Assembly (NCBI GenBank): GCA_025594325.1
Contig: JANHCV010000005.1
Span: forward strand, 310,001-374,000
Length of the DNA stretch: 64,000 nt
Source: Blastocladiella emersonii ATCC 22665
Lineage: Eukaryota; Fungi; Blastocladiomycota
Direction of reading: 5' to 3'
Shown here piece by piece: positions 1 through 12,459 of this stretch; the stretch's first letter is position 1, and every line of letters begins with the position of its first letter. The notes under the pieces are model-generated. The model saw only the letters and a program-made list of their open reading frames with translations, searched no databases and was not told the origin of the DNA. Made by a program: the position numbers and the translations under genes.

Positions 1-144
1 GCTAATCTGGTCACGTTTGCGGTGCTACTTCTTTGCTGGAGGGTCGCCTTTGATCTGGTACTCTTTAGGAACGACGCGCTGAACAAGTCCGCGGCTTGCA
101 TACTACCAGTGAGCGCAAAATGCATCAAAGGCGCTGCGAACTGA
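1..144 (+). CDS. 3' end of a putative small membrane protein, partial at the window edge; probable paralog of 840..1448
   Basis: Frame 1 reads ANLVTFAVLLLCWRVAFDLVLFRNDAL...GAAN*. The hydrophobic helix resembles SLVCLQIAADLYLISKQI in ORF 840..1448. Confidence 0.4.
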   Translation, partial: ANLVTFAVLLLCWRVAFDLVLFRNDALNKSAACILPVSAKCIKGAAN

Positions 145-565
145 GCGAATAAGCTGTTGTCGTTAACTATATAATCGGTTTACATCCTCTTGTTTATTTG
201 CGCCCTGGTCATTGTTGATGCTGACGTGGAGGAGGCGGAAGACAAGAAGACGTGGATGTCTGTCTAGTCCTGCCTTCTGCTCCGAACCCAAGGCGGGGCG
301 ACGGGAGAAATAACTAAAATACGCAAAACGGGTGCGGCGGCGCGGGAGCGAGGCATATGGGCGATACCCGCGAGATCAGTCGTTGGATCACCATCCGCTC
401 GGCGAGCAAACACTATCGGCACCTCAGCATACGAAGCAGCACCAAGCGCTTGGGCTTGCTGTGTCATACGTTCGCTATGTCGTCTCCATTACATCGCCCA
501 CGAGCTTGAACTTCATGGATTACTTCCTGTCGGGCTCGGCTTTGCCTGTCGCGTAAGGTCGGAAC

Positions 566-590
566 TGTCTCGCGTGTGGCGCAACGCGTC
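566..590 (+). repeat. Dispersed 25-bp motif TGTCTCGCGTGTGGCGCAACGCGTC
   Basis: Exact reverse-complement copy at 50845-50869 and a near copy at 1687-1711. Related sub-motifs at about 30000-30020 and 33825-33840. Confidence 0.7.
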
Positions 591-839
591 TCGCAGCAAC
601 ATGTGTGGAATCCACGTGTTACTCGAGCCGTTCGCGCCGATCTCGGGACACTCGGATGGGCTCTGGGCTCATTTTCAACTCGGTATATGCGGCTCGAGCC
701 CTCAAAAGCGCCGCCCTCCTGCTCCGCTTCTCCGCTCCTCCGCTGACCCTCTCTCGCATTTACTCGGCTGGCCCTCCACGATAATGACGTTCGACGACAA
801 AGCTCTCAACATCCCAGCCGTGCGTCCTCAATCTTCCCT

Positions 840-1448
840 ATGGTGCAGAGCCGTCAATTCACGTTGAAGACGGCTTTCCAGGAAGCTGCGTTGAGCGGAA
901 TCGAGGACAAGTGCGAGGAGGGAGGCGACCGCTTCAGCACCTTGCGCTCCGGCCATCTTCTCGCGGATGTCGAACGTTCCTCGCCCGAGGCGACTGTCCG
1001 TAAGCATGCGAAGATTCACTCTGCCCAAACCCTCTCAACTCGACCTGTGCCGTTCCAGTGGTTCACTGGCACTCCTGACCCCGAGTATCGCAACCTCTCA
1101 GACAAAGAGCATCGCGCTCGTATGTGCGAGTCGACGGTTCTCGGGTGGATTTTCAGCATTGGAAGCGTGCGGCTCATTGCGCCTCTCTTTGGCTCGACCA
1201 ATGATCCCATGAAACCCCTCAGCTGGTTGCTGCCCGTCTTGGCAGTCCTCGTCATTGATTGGCTTGTCATGATCGGGTTCATGCTCTTCATGCAAGATGA
1301 ATTCATGACCGCCCTACCGGTTCTACTTAGTATTTCGCTCGTTTGTCTCCAGATTGCGGCCGACCTCTATCTCATCTCGAAACAGATCGTCATTGCGAAT
1401 GCGAGTCGCGCCTTGCACTCGAGCTCCAAGCGCATCGAAGATGTCTGA
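840..1448 (+). CDS. Lineage-specific multi-pass membrane protein (202 aa)
   Basis: Open ORF with 3-4 hydrophobic segments in the C-terminal half. TRPVPFQWF..LSDK..R..M......FSIGS.RLIAP aligns by eye with the ORFs at 48824-49515. Confidence 0.55.
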   Translation: MVQSRQFTLKTAFQEAALSGIEDKCEEGGDRFSTLRSGHLLADVERSSPEATVRKHAKIHSAQTLSTRPVPFQWFTGTPDPEYRNLSDKEHRARMCESTVLGWIFSIGSVRLIAPLFGSTNDPMKPLSWLLPVLAVLVIDWLVMIGFMLFMQDEFMTALPVLLSISLVCLQIAADLYLISKQIVIANASRALHSSSKRIEDV

Positions 1449-2017
1449 CCCGCGAAGCCGTGGCCCATCACGGTTTGTTGATAATTATCATCATGTTTTT
1501 TGCTCCAATCCGAATCTCGTCGCATCGTCAGCTCCACGACCCAATTCCCGTGCTCGCTGCCATTCTGTTGAGCCTCAATTCCGCCGCACGCCATCCTCTC
1601 TTATCGCGTGGGACGCTTGGGTTACCCCGAAACTGCGTCAAGGTCCATCGTGAGGTTGATAAGAGCGGGGATGGTCGCAGTCGCGAACTGTCTCGCATGT
1701 GGCGCAGCGCGTCTCGCATCTTCCGCGTGGGCTCCACGTGACTGAGTTCAAGCGTCTCGCACTGATCGCGGAACGCGGGCCGTTTTTCTCTCGCCCTCTC
1801 ACCTTGTAGGATGGGGCCGATTGGAAGGTAGGGTTGCGCGATTCGGTTGAGTGTGCTCACATGAACGAGGAGCACGTCGCGCTCGATTCGCATGCGAGTT
1901 CAAGGTCATGTAGAGAAGAGTGTGCGTGATAAACTAAAGCGGGAACAAACAAAAACAAAAACCGTCGCCTTTCTGGACCAGGCGTGACGAGCGCGCTCGC
2001 TCACCGCCGCGCCCACT

Positions 2018-4597
2018 TTACTTGGACGAGGCGGTCGAGGACGACGATGCGGACTCGTCGACGATATCCTTGGGGTTGAGCTTCTTGGCGGCCGCCTCGT
2101 CGCCTGCCGCTGCGTCCGCGGCGGGCGCAGCGCTGGTCGCAGCGGACGCGGCGGGCTTGGCCTCGACGACCACGCCGTGGCCCTCGGCGGCCATCTCCTC
2201 GACGGCGCGCGCGAGCTCGAGCAGCTCGTGCAGGGCAATGAGGCCGTCGCCGTCGACGTCGAGCTTGCGGACAATGGCCTTGATGTCCTGGTCGTTGTTG
2301 GGGCGCGACTTGATGACGCGCAGGGCGGCCTCGAGGTCGTCGGCCGTGATCTGGCCGCGCTCGTTGGCCTGGATCAGCGGCAGCTTGTTGGTGGACGCGG
2401 CGAGCTCCGTGTCGTACTGCTCGAGCTCGGCCTGGATCTTGGACAGGAGCTTCTCGACCTGCGAGTCGAGGCGCGTCGTCGCCTTGGCCGCGGCCTTGGC
2501 GGCGGCCACGGCCGCGGGGTCCTCCTCGACGGCGGGCGCCGTGGGCGTCGTAGGGGTAGCGGTCAGTTCCGCCGACGCGGCGGCAGCAGCAGCGGTCGCG
2601 GTGGCCTCGGCGGCGGCGGCCTTCTTCTCCTTCTCCTTCTCGCCAGCGGCGCGGCCGCCCTTGAGCGACTCGAGCTCGACGCGCTCCGTGTCGACGGCCG
2701 ACTTGGACACGAGCACCTTGATGGCCTCGGACAGCTCCTTGACCTGCTCGGCGGACATCTTGACGTCCTTGACGGGCTCCTCGGGCGCGGGGGCCGCGGC
2801 AGCCGCGGCCTCCGTAGCGGGAGCGGCCGCGACGGGCTCGGCGGCAGCAGCGACGGGCGTCGGTTCCGCGGCCGCAGCCGCCTCAGCGACGGCAGCCGTG
2901 ACGGCAGCGTGCACGGCCTCGGCCTGGGCGACGGCAGCCGCGGCAGCAGCCGCAGCAGCGGCGGCAGCGGCCTCGGCCTCCTTCTGCTCCTTGACCTTGC
3001 GGGCCTCCTCGGCGGCCTGGGCCTCCTGCTGCAGCTCGGCGGCGATGATCTCCTCCTGCTGCTTGAGCGCCTCGAGCTTCTTCTTGTACGACGACTTGCC
3101 GGCGTCGGCGAGCTTGAGCTCGGCCTCGTTGATCTAGTTTGCGTGGGGCGGGATCCAGGGTTAGCCGAGCCGGATCGTGGGCGGTGTGAGAAAGCGTACG
3201 AGGTTGGAGGGCAGCGACTGGAGCGTAGCCTGGAGGGCCTCGGCGGTGGTGGGCGGGAGCTCGGCGGGGACGGGCTCGGCGGCGGGTGCCGCGGCCGCAG
3301 CAGCTGCAGCCGCCGCGGGGGCAGCCTCGGCGGCGGGCGTGGTCGGAGCGGGCGCGGGGGCAGCGGGCTTGGCGACGTGCATGGGCTGGTCCGAGATGAT
3401 GAAGGCGCGCGAGAGGATGAGGAGGGCCGAGGGGATCTTGTGGATGAGGTGGAGGTCGAGCCACTGCTGGAGGTCGTAGCGGAGGCGGGCGGGGCTGACG
3501 CCGATGGTCTTGATGCCGCGGTCGGCGGCGGCCTTCTGGAGCTCCTGGACCGAGAGCGAGTCGACGCCCTCAAAATAGATCATCTGGTCGTCGGTGTGGA
3601 GCTGGCGCATGCGCGAGCGGACCTGGAAGCGGAGGAAGGCGTCGGTGCCGAAAGCGTTGATGCCCATGTACTTGCACATGGAGACGAGCTGCGGGCGCGA
3701 CAGGTTCTCGAGGGTGAGCTCGTTCTCGAACTGCTGGGCGACCTTGATGAGGTCGGCGGTCTCGGCGGGCTCGCCCGTGGTGCGGATCTTGCGGAAGAAG
3801 GAGGTGAACTCCTGGGCGGCGGTGGCGGGGGTCTTGCCGGGGGCGGGGGCCGCGGTGGCGGCCATGTCGTCGACCGTCTCCTGGAGGAACTTTGCGAGCT
3901 CGAGGCGCATCTTGAGCATCTTCTTCTTCTTCTCCTCCTGGTCAAACGATTTCTCGAAGGTGGAGGGGAGCATGTTGGGGAAGACCTTGAGCAGGACGGG
4001 CAGGGCGAGCTCGGCGAACGGGATGGCGACGAGGACGAGGAAGGGCACGAGGCGGAACATGTCCGAGACGGTGCGCTTGAGCTGGCGCCACTCGCGGCGC
4101 GACAGCTTGTTGCCGCGCAGCAGCTTGAGGACGTAGCGCGACGACAGCTTGAACTCGTAGGCGAGCAGCTTGCTGCCCTCCTTGTAGTGCTGCAGCTCCT
4201 CCTTGATGTGCGGCCACGTCTCCTCGCGCAGCTTCTGCATCAGCGGCTTCTTGGCGACGACGGGCGCGGGCGTCGCGGGCGTCGCGGGCGTCGTGGCCGT
4301 TGGTGGCTCGGGCTTGGGCGGCTCCGAGGCGGCGAAGCGGGACGGCGACGTGGAGAAGGCGCGCAGGTGCGGTCCGGAGGCGGCCGCGGACGCGGACACG
4401 CGGTAGCGCAGCAGGGCGGCAGCAGCGAGCTCCGTCGTAGATCCCGCGGGCGCCGCGGCGGCGCGAGCGCGCATGGTGGCGGCCAGCGACGAGGCGGCGC
4501 GCACGTGGTGGTTGTGGTGCGCGAGCGCGGTCGGGCGCGCGGCGGCGGCCAGGGCGGCGGGGTTGCTCGCGGCGGTCAAGCGGCGCAGGGCGAGCAT
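2018..4597 (-). CDS. LETM1: LETM1/MDM38 mitochondrial inner-membrane protein; exons 3200-4597 and 2018-3133
   Basis: Mitochondrial-type presequence. LETM1 motifs ELQHYKEGSKLL, LSRREWRQLKRTVSDMFRLVPF, LPVLLKVFPNMLPSTF and LENLSRPQLVSMC. A 66-nt GT-AG intron (3134-3199) restores the frame. C-terminal EF-hand-like DVDGDGLIALHE. Confidence 0.95.
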
Positions 4598-5339
4598 GGT
4601 GGTGGTGGTATAGGCGAGTGTGCGAGGGTGGTGCGGGGGATCAAGTCGAGCGTGTTGGCGGGTTGCGCAGATCCATGGAGAGCGAGCGAGGTGGTGGCGC
4701 AGGCAGCAGCAATTCCGGGTCCGGGTCGTGTTGTTGATACGTTGCAGGATGGCGGGGCGGGTGCGCAGGGCAGGGACGGGGCGGGCGTGTTGATCGCGGC
4801 GGGCGGGCGGGGGAGAGCGGCGACCGGACGCGCGGGCCAGCGCGCGGGCCGGGTCGGGTGGGGGTCCGCGGCCAAGACTCCGTCTCCGGCGTCGGTGGGG
4901 GGTCGGTGGGGCACCCTGACCTTGACGTAACACGCACGCGTCGCTCGCCGTGAAAGCAGAAGCCACGACAGGAAAACCTGCCAAAACCCGGTGGAAACCG
5001 CCCACGTGAGCGTGGCGGCGAGACGCGTTCCTTCCTTCCTCGGCGCGGCTGGCCAATCCGCGCGCGCCCGCCTCTACGCCGGCCGACTTGCTTCACACCC
5101 GCACGCAGCCCCGCCGAGATTATTAATATTCCCACTCGGCTTCCACCGTCGCGCTTCGAGCAAGCAGACGTCCCACGGCACCGGCACCCTTTGTCGTCGG
5201 TGTGCCCTCCCCCGGCTCCCATTCCCATCGCCCATCGCTCGCCGTGCCCTCCCTCGTTGCCCATCGCGCACTCGGCTCCCTACGCTCCGAGTTCGTGCCC
5301 ACGCACCGGCTTCCCGTGAGAGCAAGTCATCATCCCACC

Positions 5340-8300
5340 ATGCTGCCGAGCGCCTTCCCGGCCACGTCGCCATCGGCGCTCCCATCGCCGCCGCCGCCGT
5401 ACCCGCCCGAGTCGGCTCCACTGGCCTTCCCCTCGCCGCAGTCGGCTGCCGCGGCCGCTTCCCTGACGCCGTTCCCGGGCCCGCTCCCGCGGCCCGGCGG
5501 GGCCGGCGGCCTGCCCGCAGCGCTCCCGCCGGCGTACCTGCCCGCGCCGGCGGCCCTGATAGGCGGCACGGCGCGCCCGCTGCCCGCGCTCCCGCTCTCC
5601 CCGACCTCCACCACCCTCTCGACCTCGACCACGCATCAACCACCGCCACCACCAGCACCTGCACCCATGGGCGCCATGCGCAACTCGGCCTCCGTCTCGG
5701 GCGACCGCCCGCCACCACCGCCGCCGTCGCCCGGCGCACACAGCGACCGTTCCTCGACCACCATGACCGCCGCGACCGCTGCAACGTCGGCCACGCTCTA
5801 CGTCGCGGCGCGCGCCACGTCGCCCGTCCCTCCAACTCAACCGCCACCGAGCGCCGTGCTCGCCGAGCTCGCCAACGTGCCGCCGCCCGCCGTCGACCTC
5901 GACGACGCCACGCTCTACCCCTACGTCCTGCGCGCCGCCCTCTGGCACGACCGCAAGAGGTTGCCCGCCGGCGACTCGCTCCACGGCGGCGGCGCCATGG
6001 CCGCCCTCGCGCGCCGCCTCTTCGGCGTCCCCGCCAACAAGGCCAAGGACCCCGCCTACAACACGGTCAAGGTCAAGTCCGACGATAAGGTGCGTGCTCT
6101 GCTCGCCGTTCTCTGCACAGCAAGGTTCCTGCAACCTTGCGAGTGTGCAGCGCGTGCGTGTGAGCAGCGTCGCTCGCTCGCCTGCGCCACCCCAACCAGC
6201 GGCTCACCACCATCTTCGCAACGTGTAGCACCTGTACCGCGACCTGCAGCACTACCACGCGCGTCTCGACGCCGACTCGCTCGTCGGCCGCGCGCCCGCC
6301 GACTTCCCCTCGCCCGCCGCCTACGCCGCGTGGAAGTCGGCCGAGGCCGCCGCCGTGCACAAGGAGGTGCAGGCGCTCGCCGCGCGCGACCCCAAGAACG
6401 CCCGCAAGTCCAAACACACGCCGCCCGCGAAATCGGACCCGTGCCTCTTTGTCCCGCCGTGCCCCGACCACGCCTTCCTGTTCGTCCTGCGCCGCACCGC
6501 GTCCGCTGCGGCCGCTGCGGCAGGCGCCGACGACGGCTCTGGGGCCGGGCTCCCCGGCTGGCCATCCCCCGAAATCGACGGCCTGCTCGAGCTCCTCCAG
6601 ACCCGCTGGCGCGTCAACCGCGCGTTCCGTCACCTCGCCGTCCTCGACCGGATCGTGCAGGCCCAGGTCGTGCGCGCCCTGCCGCCCGCCGCCAACGCTT
6701 CGCCCGCGTCGGCCGTGCGCCGCGGGTCCGTGCCCAACGCGCTCGACGTCCCTGCCTCCCCGACGACCGCCAGCGGCCCGCGCCGCCCAAAACCCGCGAC
6801 CACGTCGACGCCGCACGCCCTGCGCGAGGTGTGCAACCAGCTCGACATTGTCGCGTCGCACGAGCCGCACGTCGCGACCTGGACGCGCGCGCAGCGCGCG
6901 CTCCTCGTGCGCGTCCTCACCGCGCTCGTCCAGGCCATGGCCGACCGTATCCAGCACTACCCCGAGTACTACGCCCGCACGCATTTCGTCGCCGCCATGG
7001 AGGCCGCTACCCGGATCCTCGCGGCCGCCCGCGCGATCCTCGACCGCCAGTTTGGGACGTCGTCCATGGACGGCACCGCGCCGCTCCCGTCGCTCCTCAA
7101 GCGCGCCGCGTACCTGCACTTCCGCCGCCTCGCGGACCGCATCGCCGCCGCGTCGCTCGCGCCACCCTCGCCCGGCGCCGCTGGCGGCGCGCTCGTCCCG
7201 GCGACGCGCGACGACGGCGCCGTCGTCGACCGGATCCTGACGCTGTGCGACGTGGTGGAGCGCGAGATCGACACGCTGCGGACGTACTCGCGCGCGGCCG
7301 CGTGGAGCACGCCGCAGCACCTGCTGGCCTCGTACCTCCTGCAGCAGCTGTTTGCGCACATTGACGAGTGGTGGCTCGAGCCGCGCGGGCAGCAGATCGG
7401 GAAGGTGTTTGAGCTGCACAACGCCGTGACGCGGCTGGCGCGCGCGAGCCGCGAGCACCAGGTCGAGGCCGGGCGGCTCGGGTTCGACGCCGGGCTCGCC
7501 CAGGCGGACCTCGCCCAGCACGTCCTCGCGCGGTACCAGACGTGGTTCCAGGACGCGGTCGACGACTGGATCCAGCGGACCTCCGAGACCATGGCCGAGA
7601 CGTGGACGAAGCGCATGGTCGCCGAGGACCAGTTTGTCGCGCAGAGCCCCGGCGACCTCCACTCGACCTCGGTCATCGACCTCTTCTCCGCGTTCCACCA
7701 GGAGGTCGACGCCATCCGCTCGCTGCCCTGGCCTTCGTTCGACCACGAGTACCGCGCCATCAAGCGGTTCACACGCACCATGTGCACCACCCTCATCACC
7801 TACTCGAACCACCTCCAGGCCCAGCTCATCGCCATCCTGCTCCAGATGGAGGAGGCCGCCATGGCCGCGACCGAGGCCGCCGCCGCCGCCGCGCACGACG
7901 ACGGCGATACGGCGTCCATTGCCACGAGCAGCAGCAGCGGGAAATCGTCCCCGTCGGCGTCGGAGCGGTCGCGCTCGCTCATGAACCGCCTGCGCGCGAG
8001 CCTCGTCGGCGGCAACTCGGCCGACAAGAAGCACAAGGACCGCACCGTCGCCGGGAAAGTGACGCGCCGCATCCGGTCGCCCGTCGAGTTCACGGCGCCC
8101 ATGTGCGTCCGCCTCAACAACATGTACCAGGCCAAGAAACGCGTCGACGCCCTGTACCACCACCTCTCGCTCGCCCTGTCCGACGACCCGCCCGGCGACG
8201 ACTACGTGTCGCCGTTCGCTCGTGACGAAACGCTCGTCGCCATGGCCGCCGCCGTCGTCGAGCTCGACCCGCCCGCTATCGTCACGGCGCTCACCACGAC

Positions 8301-10353
8301 CGTCGGGCGCGACGGGACCCTGGGCGGGGCGGGGCCCGACGTCTTTTTCGTCGAGGTCCTCCACGAGGGCGTCCCCGTCGGCACCACGCGGCCCGAGGAG
8401 GGCGTGCACCGCACCCGCACCGCGGACCCGAACAGCGCGGCGCCGACCGGCGCGCCCGTCACGATCGACCTCGACGACGCGGTCCTGATCCCCGGCACCA
8501 CGCTCGTCACGGTGCAGCTCGCGGTGCGCGCGTCGATGCTGAGCGGCGAGTCGGTGGTCGTCGCAGTCCGCGGGACCGGGTCCGGGTCCGCGGCCGCCGC
8601 CGCGCCGACCAGCGAGGAGCGCGAGGGGCTCGCCAAGGGCGGCATGGCGTGCGGCACCGTGTCCGCGACGCTCGACGTGCGCGACCTCGCGTCCCTCCCC
8701 GTCGGCCGCGCCCTCGAGCGCGTGTACCCGGTCGTGACCTCGTCGGGCGCGAGCGGGTGGGCGCACGCGCACGGGATCGGGAGTCGCCGGCTCCGCCTGC
8801 GTGTGCACTGGGTCCGCGCCGAGTCGCGGTACCTGTACCATTTCTTCGACGACGCGTACTCGACGCTCGCAGTCATGGTCGATAACGCGCTGCTCATGAT
8901 GGCCAACCAGATCGGGACGTGGATGCAGGACTACATGCTCCAGCTCGTCAAGCAGTACAAGCTGTCGGCGCTGTCGGCCGCGTTCGGCGTCGCGAGCGAC
9001 TCGGCCGTCGATCTCGTCGATGTCGGGGCCTCCGGTAATGGAGCCGGCAGCGCGGCGGATGTCGCGCAGACGACCATCTTCACGGTCAAGACGCGGTCGG
9101 GGAAAAAGGCCATCACGTTCGCGACGGTCGAGACGGACATGCAGCCGCTGCTCGACTATCTGAACCGCACGCTCGAGGTGCTCAACAACGACGTGGACGG
9201 GGCTCTGACGACGCGCCTGTTCAAGCGCGTGTGGCGGCAGGCGCTCGCGTCGCTCGAGTGGCAGCTGACGGGCCGCCGCGAGAAGCGGTCGGGCAAGTGG
9301 AAGCAGGTGGACCCGGCGCAGGTCGCCGTGCTCCGCCGCGCCCTCACGCTGCTGTACGACTTCTTCCACGTCGACGGCGACGGCCTCCCGCGCACCACGC
9401 TCCAGTCGCGCCACTACCACCGCCTCGCCGCCCTGCTCACCCACTACCACGCGTCGACCGATGACCTCATCGCCATGTACCAGTCGGCGCTCAACTTCTA
9501 CCTCGCCGCCAAGGTCGAGGGCATCCACAAGCGCGCCGCCCGGTTCCGCCAGACCCACGCCCTGTCGCGCGCGTCGTCGCTCGCCAGCTTCTCGCACGCC
9601 GAGGCCCCCGCCACCGCGCGCATCGTGTCCCCCGACGACGTGTCCCCGTTCGCCTCCGCCATGGACATCCACGCCATGGCCGACCCGCGCGCCCGCGCCG
9701 GCAGTAACGGTGGGACCGCGACCGTCCGCCGCCACCTCCTCACACACCGCCGCCCCGCGGCCCTGCGCCACCAGCGCGGCGGGAAGAACGTGTCGGCGGC
9801 CGACTTCCTCCCCCGGTCCGCCGCCGCGGCCGCAGCGAGCGCGGCGGGCGCGCACGGCGCTGGCGCCAAGAAGAAGCCGCGCCGGTTCCAGTACGTGGCC
9901 AACGCCGAGTCCGCGGACGACGACGAGTCGGCGTCGGACGCGGACGCGGACGGCCCGCTCGACGCCGATTTCGAGGAGGACGCGGACGACGACGAGGAGG
10001 ACGACGCGTACCGCCGCGCCATCGACGGCGACGTGCCCGACGACTCGGCGTCCCTCGCTACCGCGACCCTGCGCCGCCGCACGCGTACCCAGCAGGCCGA
10101 GGCGGCCGCGGCCCAGGCCGAGTTCAAGCTCGCGTCGCTCGCGCGCCAGGAGGCCATCTGGACGGTCCTGTGCCTCCGCGCCGACGCCGGCGACCATGAG
10201 TGCCGCGATTTCGTCACGGTCCAGGCCGAGACCGTCGGCCGCATCCTCGAGAATATGCGCGAGGAGGTGGCCCGCGGCGGCGCGGCCAAGGCGCAGCAGC
10301 AGGCGCAGGCGCAGGTCGGGTCGAGGGTGCTCGCGAGCCGTCGCCGCGCGTGA
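5340..10353 (+). CDS. Munc13-like MUN-domain protein (Git1/YOR296W-like); exons 5340-6089 and 6229-10353
   Basis: GT-AG intron 6090-6228 joins two long frames. Motifs HSTSVIDLFSAF, CVRLNNMYQAK, LYDFFHVDGDGLP recall fungal MUN/DUF810 proteins. A degenerate C2-like segment lies in the middle. Confidence 0.75.
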
Positions 10354-10440
10354 GCGAGCGACAGAGTCGTTTGATCGATTGGTTTGATTGTAACATAGTT
10401 CTTGTTGGTGTGTCTCTACTACTACTATCTCGCACATCCA

Positions 10441-12095
10441 TCAGAGCAGCGCAACAGCGACCCACGCGAGCGCCGCGACGACGAGCGCGGGACTCGACTT
10501 GGCCGCGGCCACGACCCACCCGCCTCCCGCGCCCTCCTCGCGCGAGCTCCACAGCCGGAGCGACCCGGCGCCGCTCGTCCCGTTCCCAAACGTATTGCTG
10601 CTGTTCCCCGTCGTCGTAGGCTTGCTGCTCGAGCTCGTCGCGGTCCCCGTCGTCGCGGACGGCGCCGTCGTCACGCTCGGCTCCATGGTCGACCGCGGCG
10701 ACCCGCACACGGCGAGCGGGCCGGGCCACGTCCCGTTGTTCGCCTCGGCCGCCCACACCTGGTTCAGCGCGTACCACACGAACGACGAGTACCGCGACGT
10801 CGCCGTCAGGTTCGTGCCCGGGACCGTCGCGATGGCTTTCGCGGCGAGCGCGGGCGCAGCGGCCGACTCGAGCGTCGCTGTTGTCGGGAGGAGCTGTGGC
10901 GGGATCACCCCGCGGCGGGCGCGACCGCCCGTCTCCGAAGCCACGGTCGGGTCGGCCATGATCGCGCCCGCGGCGGCAGCCGTCGTCGTCGTGGTCGCGG
11001 GCATGCTGAACGAGACGGCGCGGCACGGCAGGTTCCAGTGGTCGGCCGAGAGATCAAACAGGCCGACGCCCGCAAACCCGGCCGCGACGGACGGCAGGTT
11101 GCGCCAGAACGCCGGGTCCGTGACGGTCGTCGCGTTGACGAAATCGCCCGACATGGCGTCAAAGTACGCCTCGCTGCCGTACCCGAACCCGGGCACCGTG
11201 ACGACCATGGCCTTGCCCGCGGTCTGCGCGAACGTCGACCACGCCGCGGCCGCGGCGCGGAACCCCGCCGGGTTCGACGTGTACGAGCACGACGTCGACG
11301 ACGCGAAGAACACGTTGAGCGTGTCGATCAGCGGCAGCGCCGCGCTGCCCGCCGACAGCAGCCGGTCCGCGTACACGGGGCCAAAGTTGGCGTCCGGGTA
11401 GTCGCACCGCGGGGATACCGTCACGCCGAGCGCGCGGTTCGCGGCCGCGGCGAGACGTTTCAGCTCGACGAGGAACGCAGGGTACCCGGCCGCGTCGTTG
11501 TTGCGCATCGCAAAGTCGATCCCGTCAAGTACCGCGGTCCCGAACGGACGCTGCGAGTGGGTCCCACCGAAGAATAGGTTCCACATGTTGCCCGCCACGG
11601 TCACGGCGCGGTCGTTGGGCAGCGAAGTCATGGGCGCTACACGTAGCGGGGGCGTTAGTTGGTGCTTCTTCGTGGTTTTCGGGTCGCGGAATGCGTACAC
11701 AGCGAGAGGTACACCTTCTTGCCGAGCCCCTGGCACACCTTGACGCCGTCCTCGATCAGCGGGCACCGGAGCAGCGCGAACCCGCTCGTCGGCTGCTGCG
11801 ACTTGTACCCCGGCAGACTCGCGTTGGTCGGGAACCCGCAGTGCTTGGAGAAGTCGATCCCGGGCAGCCCGTCGAGCGAGAGGAAATCGCGCAGGAACGC
11901 GAGGTGCACGGCCGTGACGGGCGTTGTCCGACAGAACTCGGCCAGCGGCAGCTCGGTCGCCTTGTCGTCGCGGTACAGGTTGCCCGCCTTGTTCTGGCCC
12001 CAGTACCCGATCAGCGCCGGCGACGCGGCGGCCGCGGCGTGCGCGGTCGTCGCCGCTACTGCGAGGAGTGTGGCGAGGAGTAATATGAGTTTCAT
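10441..12095 (-). CDS. Secreted, probably GPI-anchored GH18 class III chitinase-like protein lacking catalytic acids; exons 11699-12095 and 10441-11636
   Basis: Signal peptide, IGYWGQN, MWNLFFGG, RPFGTAVLDGIDF (hevamine/Cts1-type). Ser/Thr-rich stalk and hydrophobic C-terminus. 62-nt intron at 11637-11698. Confidence 0.85.
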
Positions 12096-12459
12096 GGTCG
12101 TCTAGTGTTGAGCGGAGAGGAAGCGTGATTGTCGAGGACGCGCGAGGTGAAAGTGGAGACACTCGCGCGAGCTGAAACGCGACGCGGTTTGGGAGACACG
12201 CTGGGATCACATGATATCTCGACGCGTCCGCGAGTGAAGGAAAAGTCAGTGGATTTTACTTGAACCACCTAGACGCTTCGCGTCTGGTCTTCAATCGAGG
12301 GCTAAAGCCCTCCGCCACGTTGGAGCACGGCACACGCGGGAGGTTTTGTACCGCTGACAGTCGCGCGTCATTATGGAGTCGCATCTCTGTTCCCATCACC
12401 CACCAAAGTAACTGAAAGCAGCTAAGTCTACTTTATGACACTACAAATGAAATCTTACA

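Noticed and set aside
2022-10437. Very long antisense ORFs (e.g. 2177-4930 +, 6073-10437 -, 34975-36552 +, 46432-47820 +, 54468-55886 +)
   Set aside because: These are shadows of real genes. Strong GC3 bias depletes stop codons on the opposite strand, and the translations are low-complexity with no motifs.
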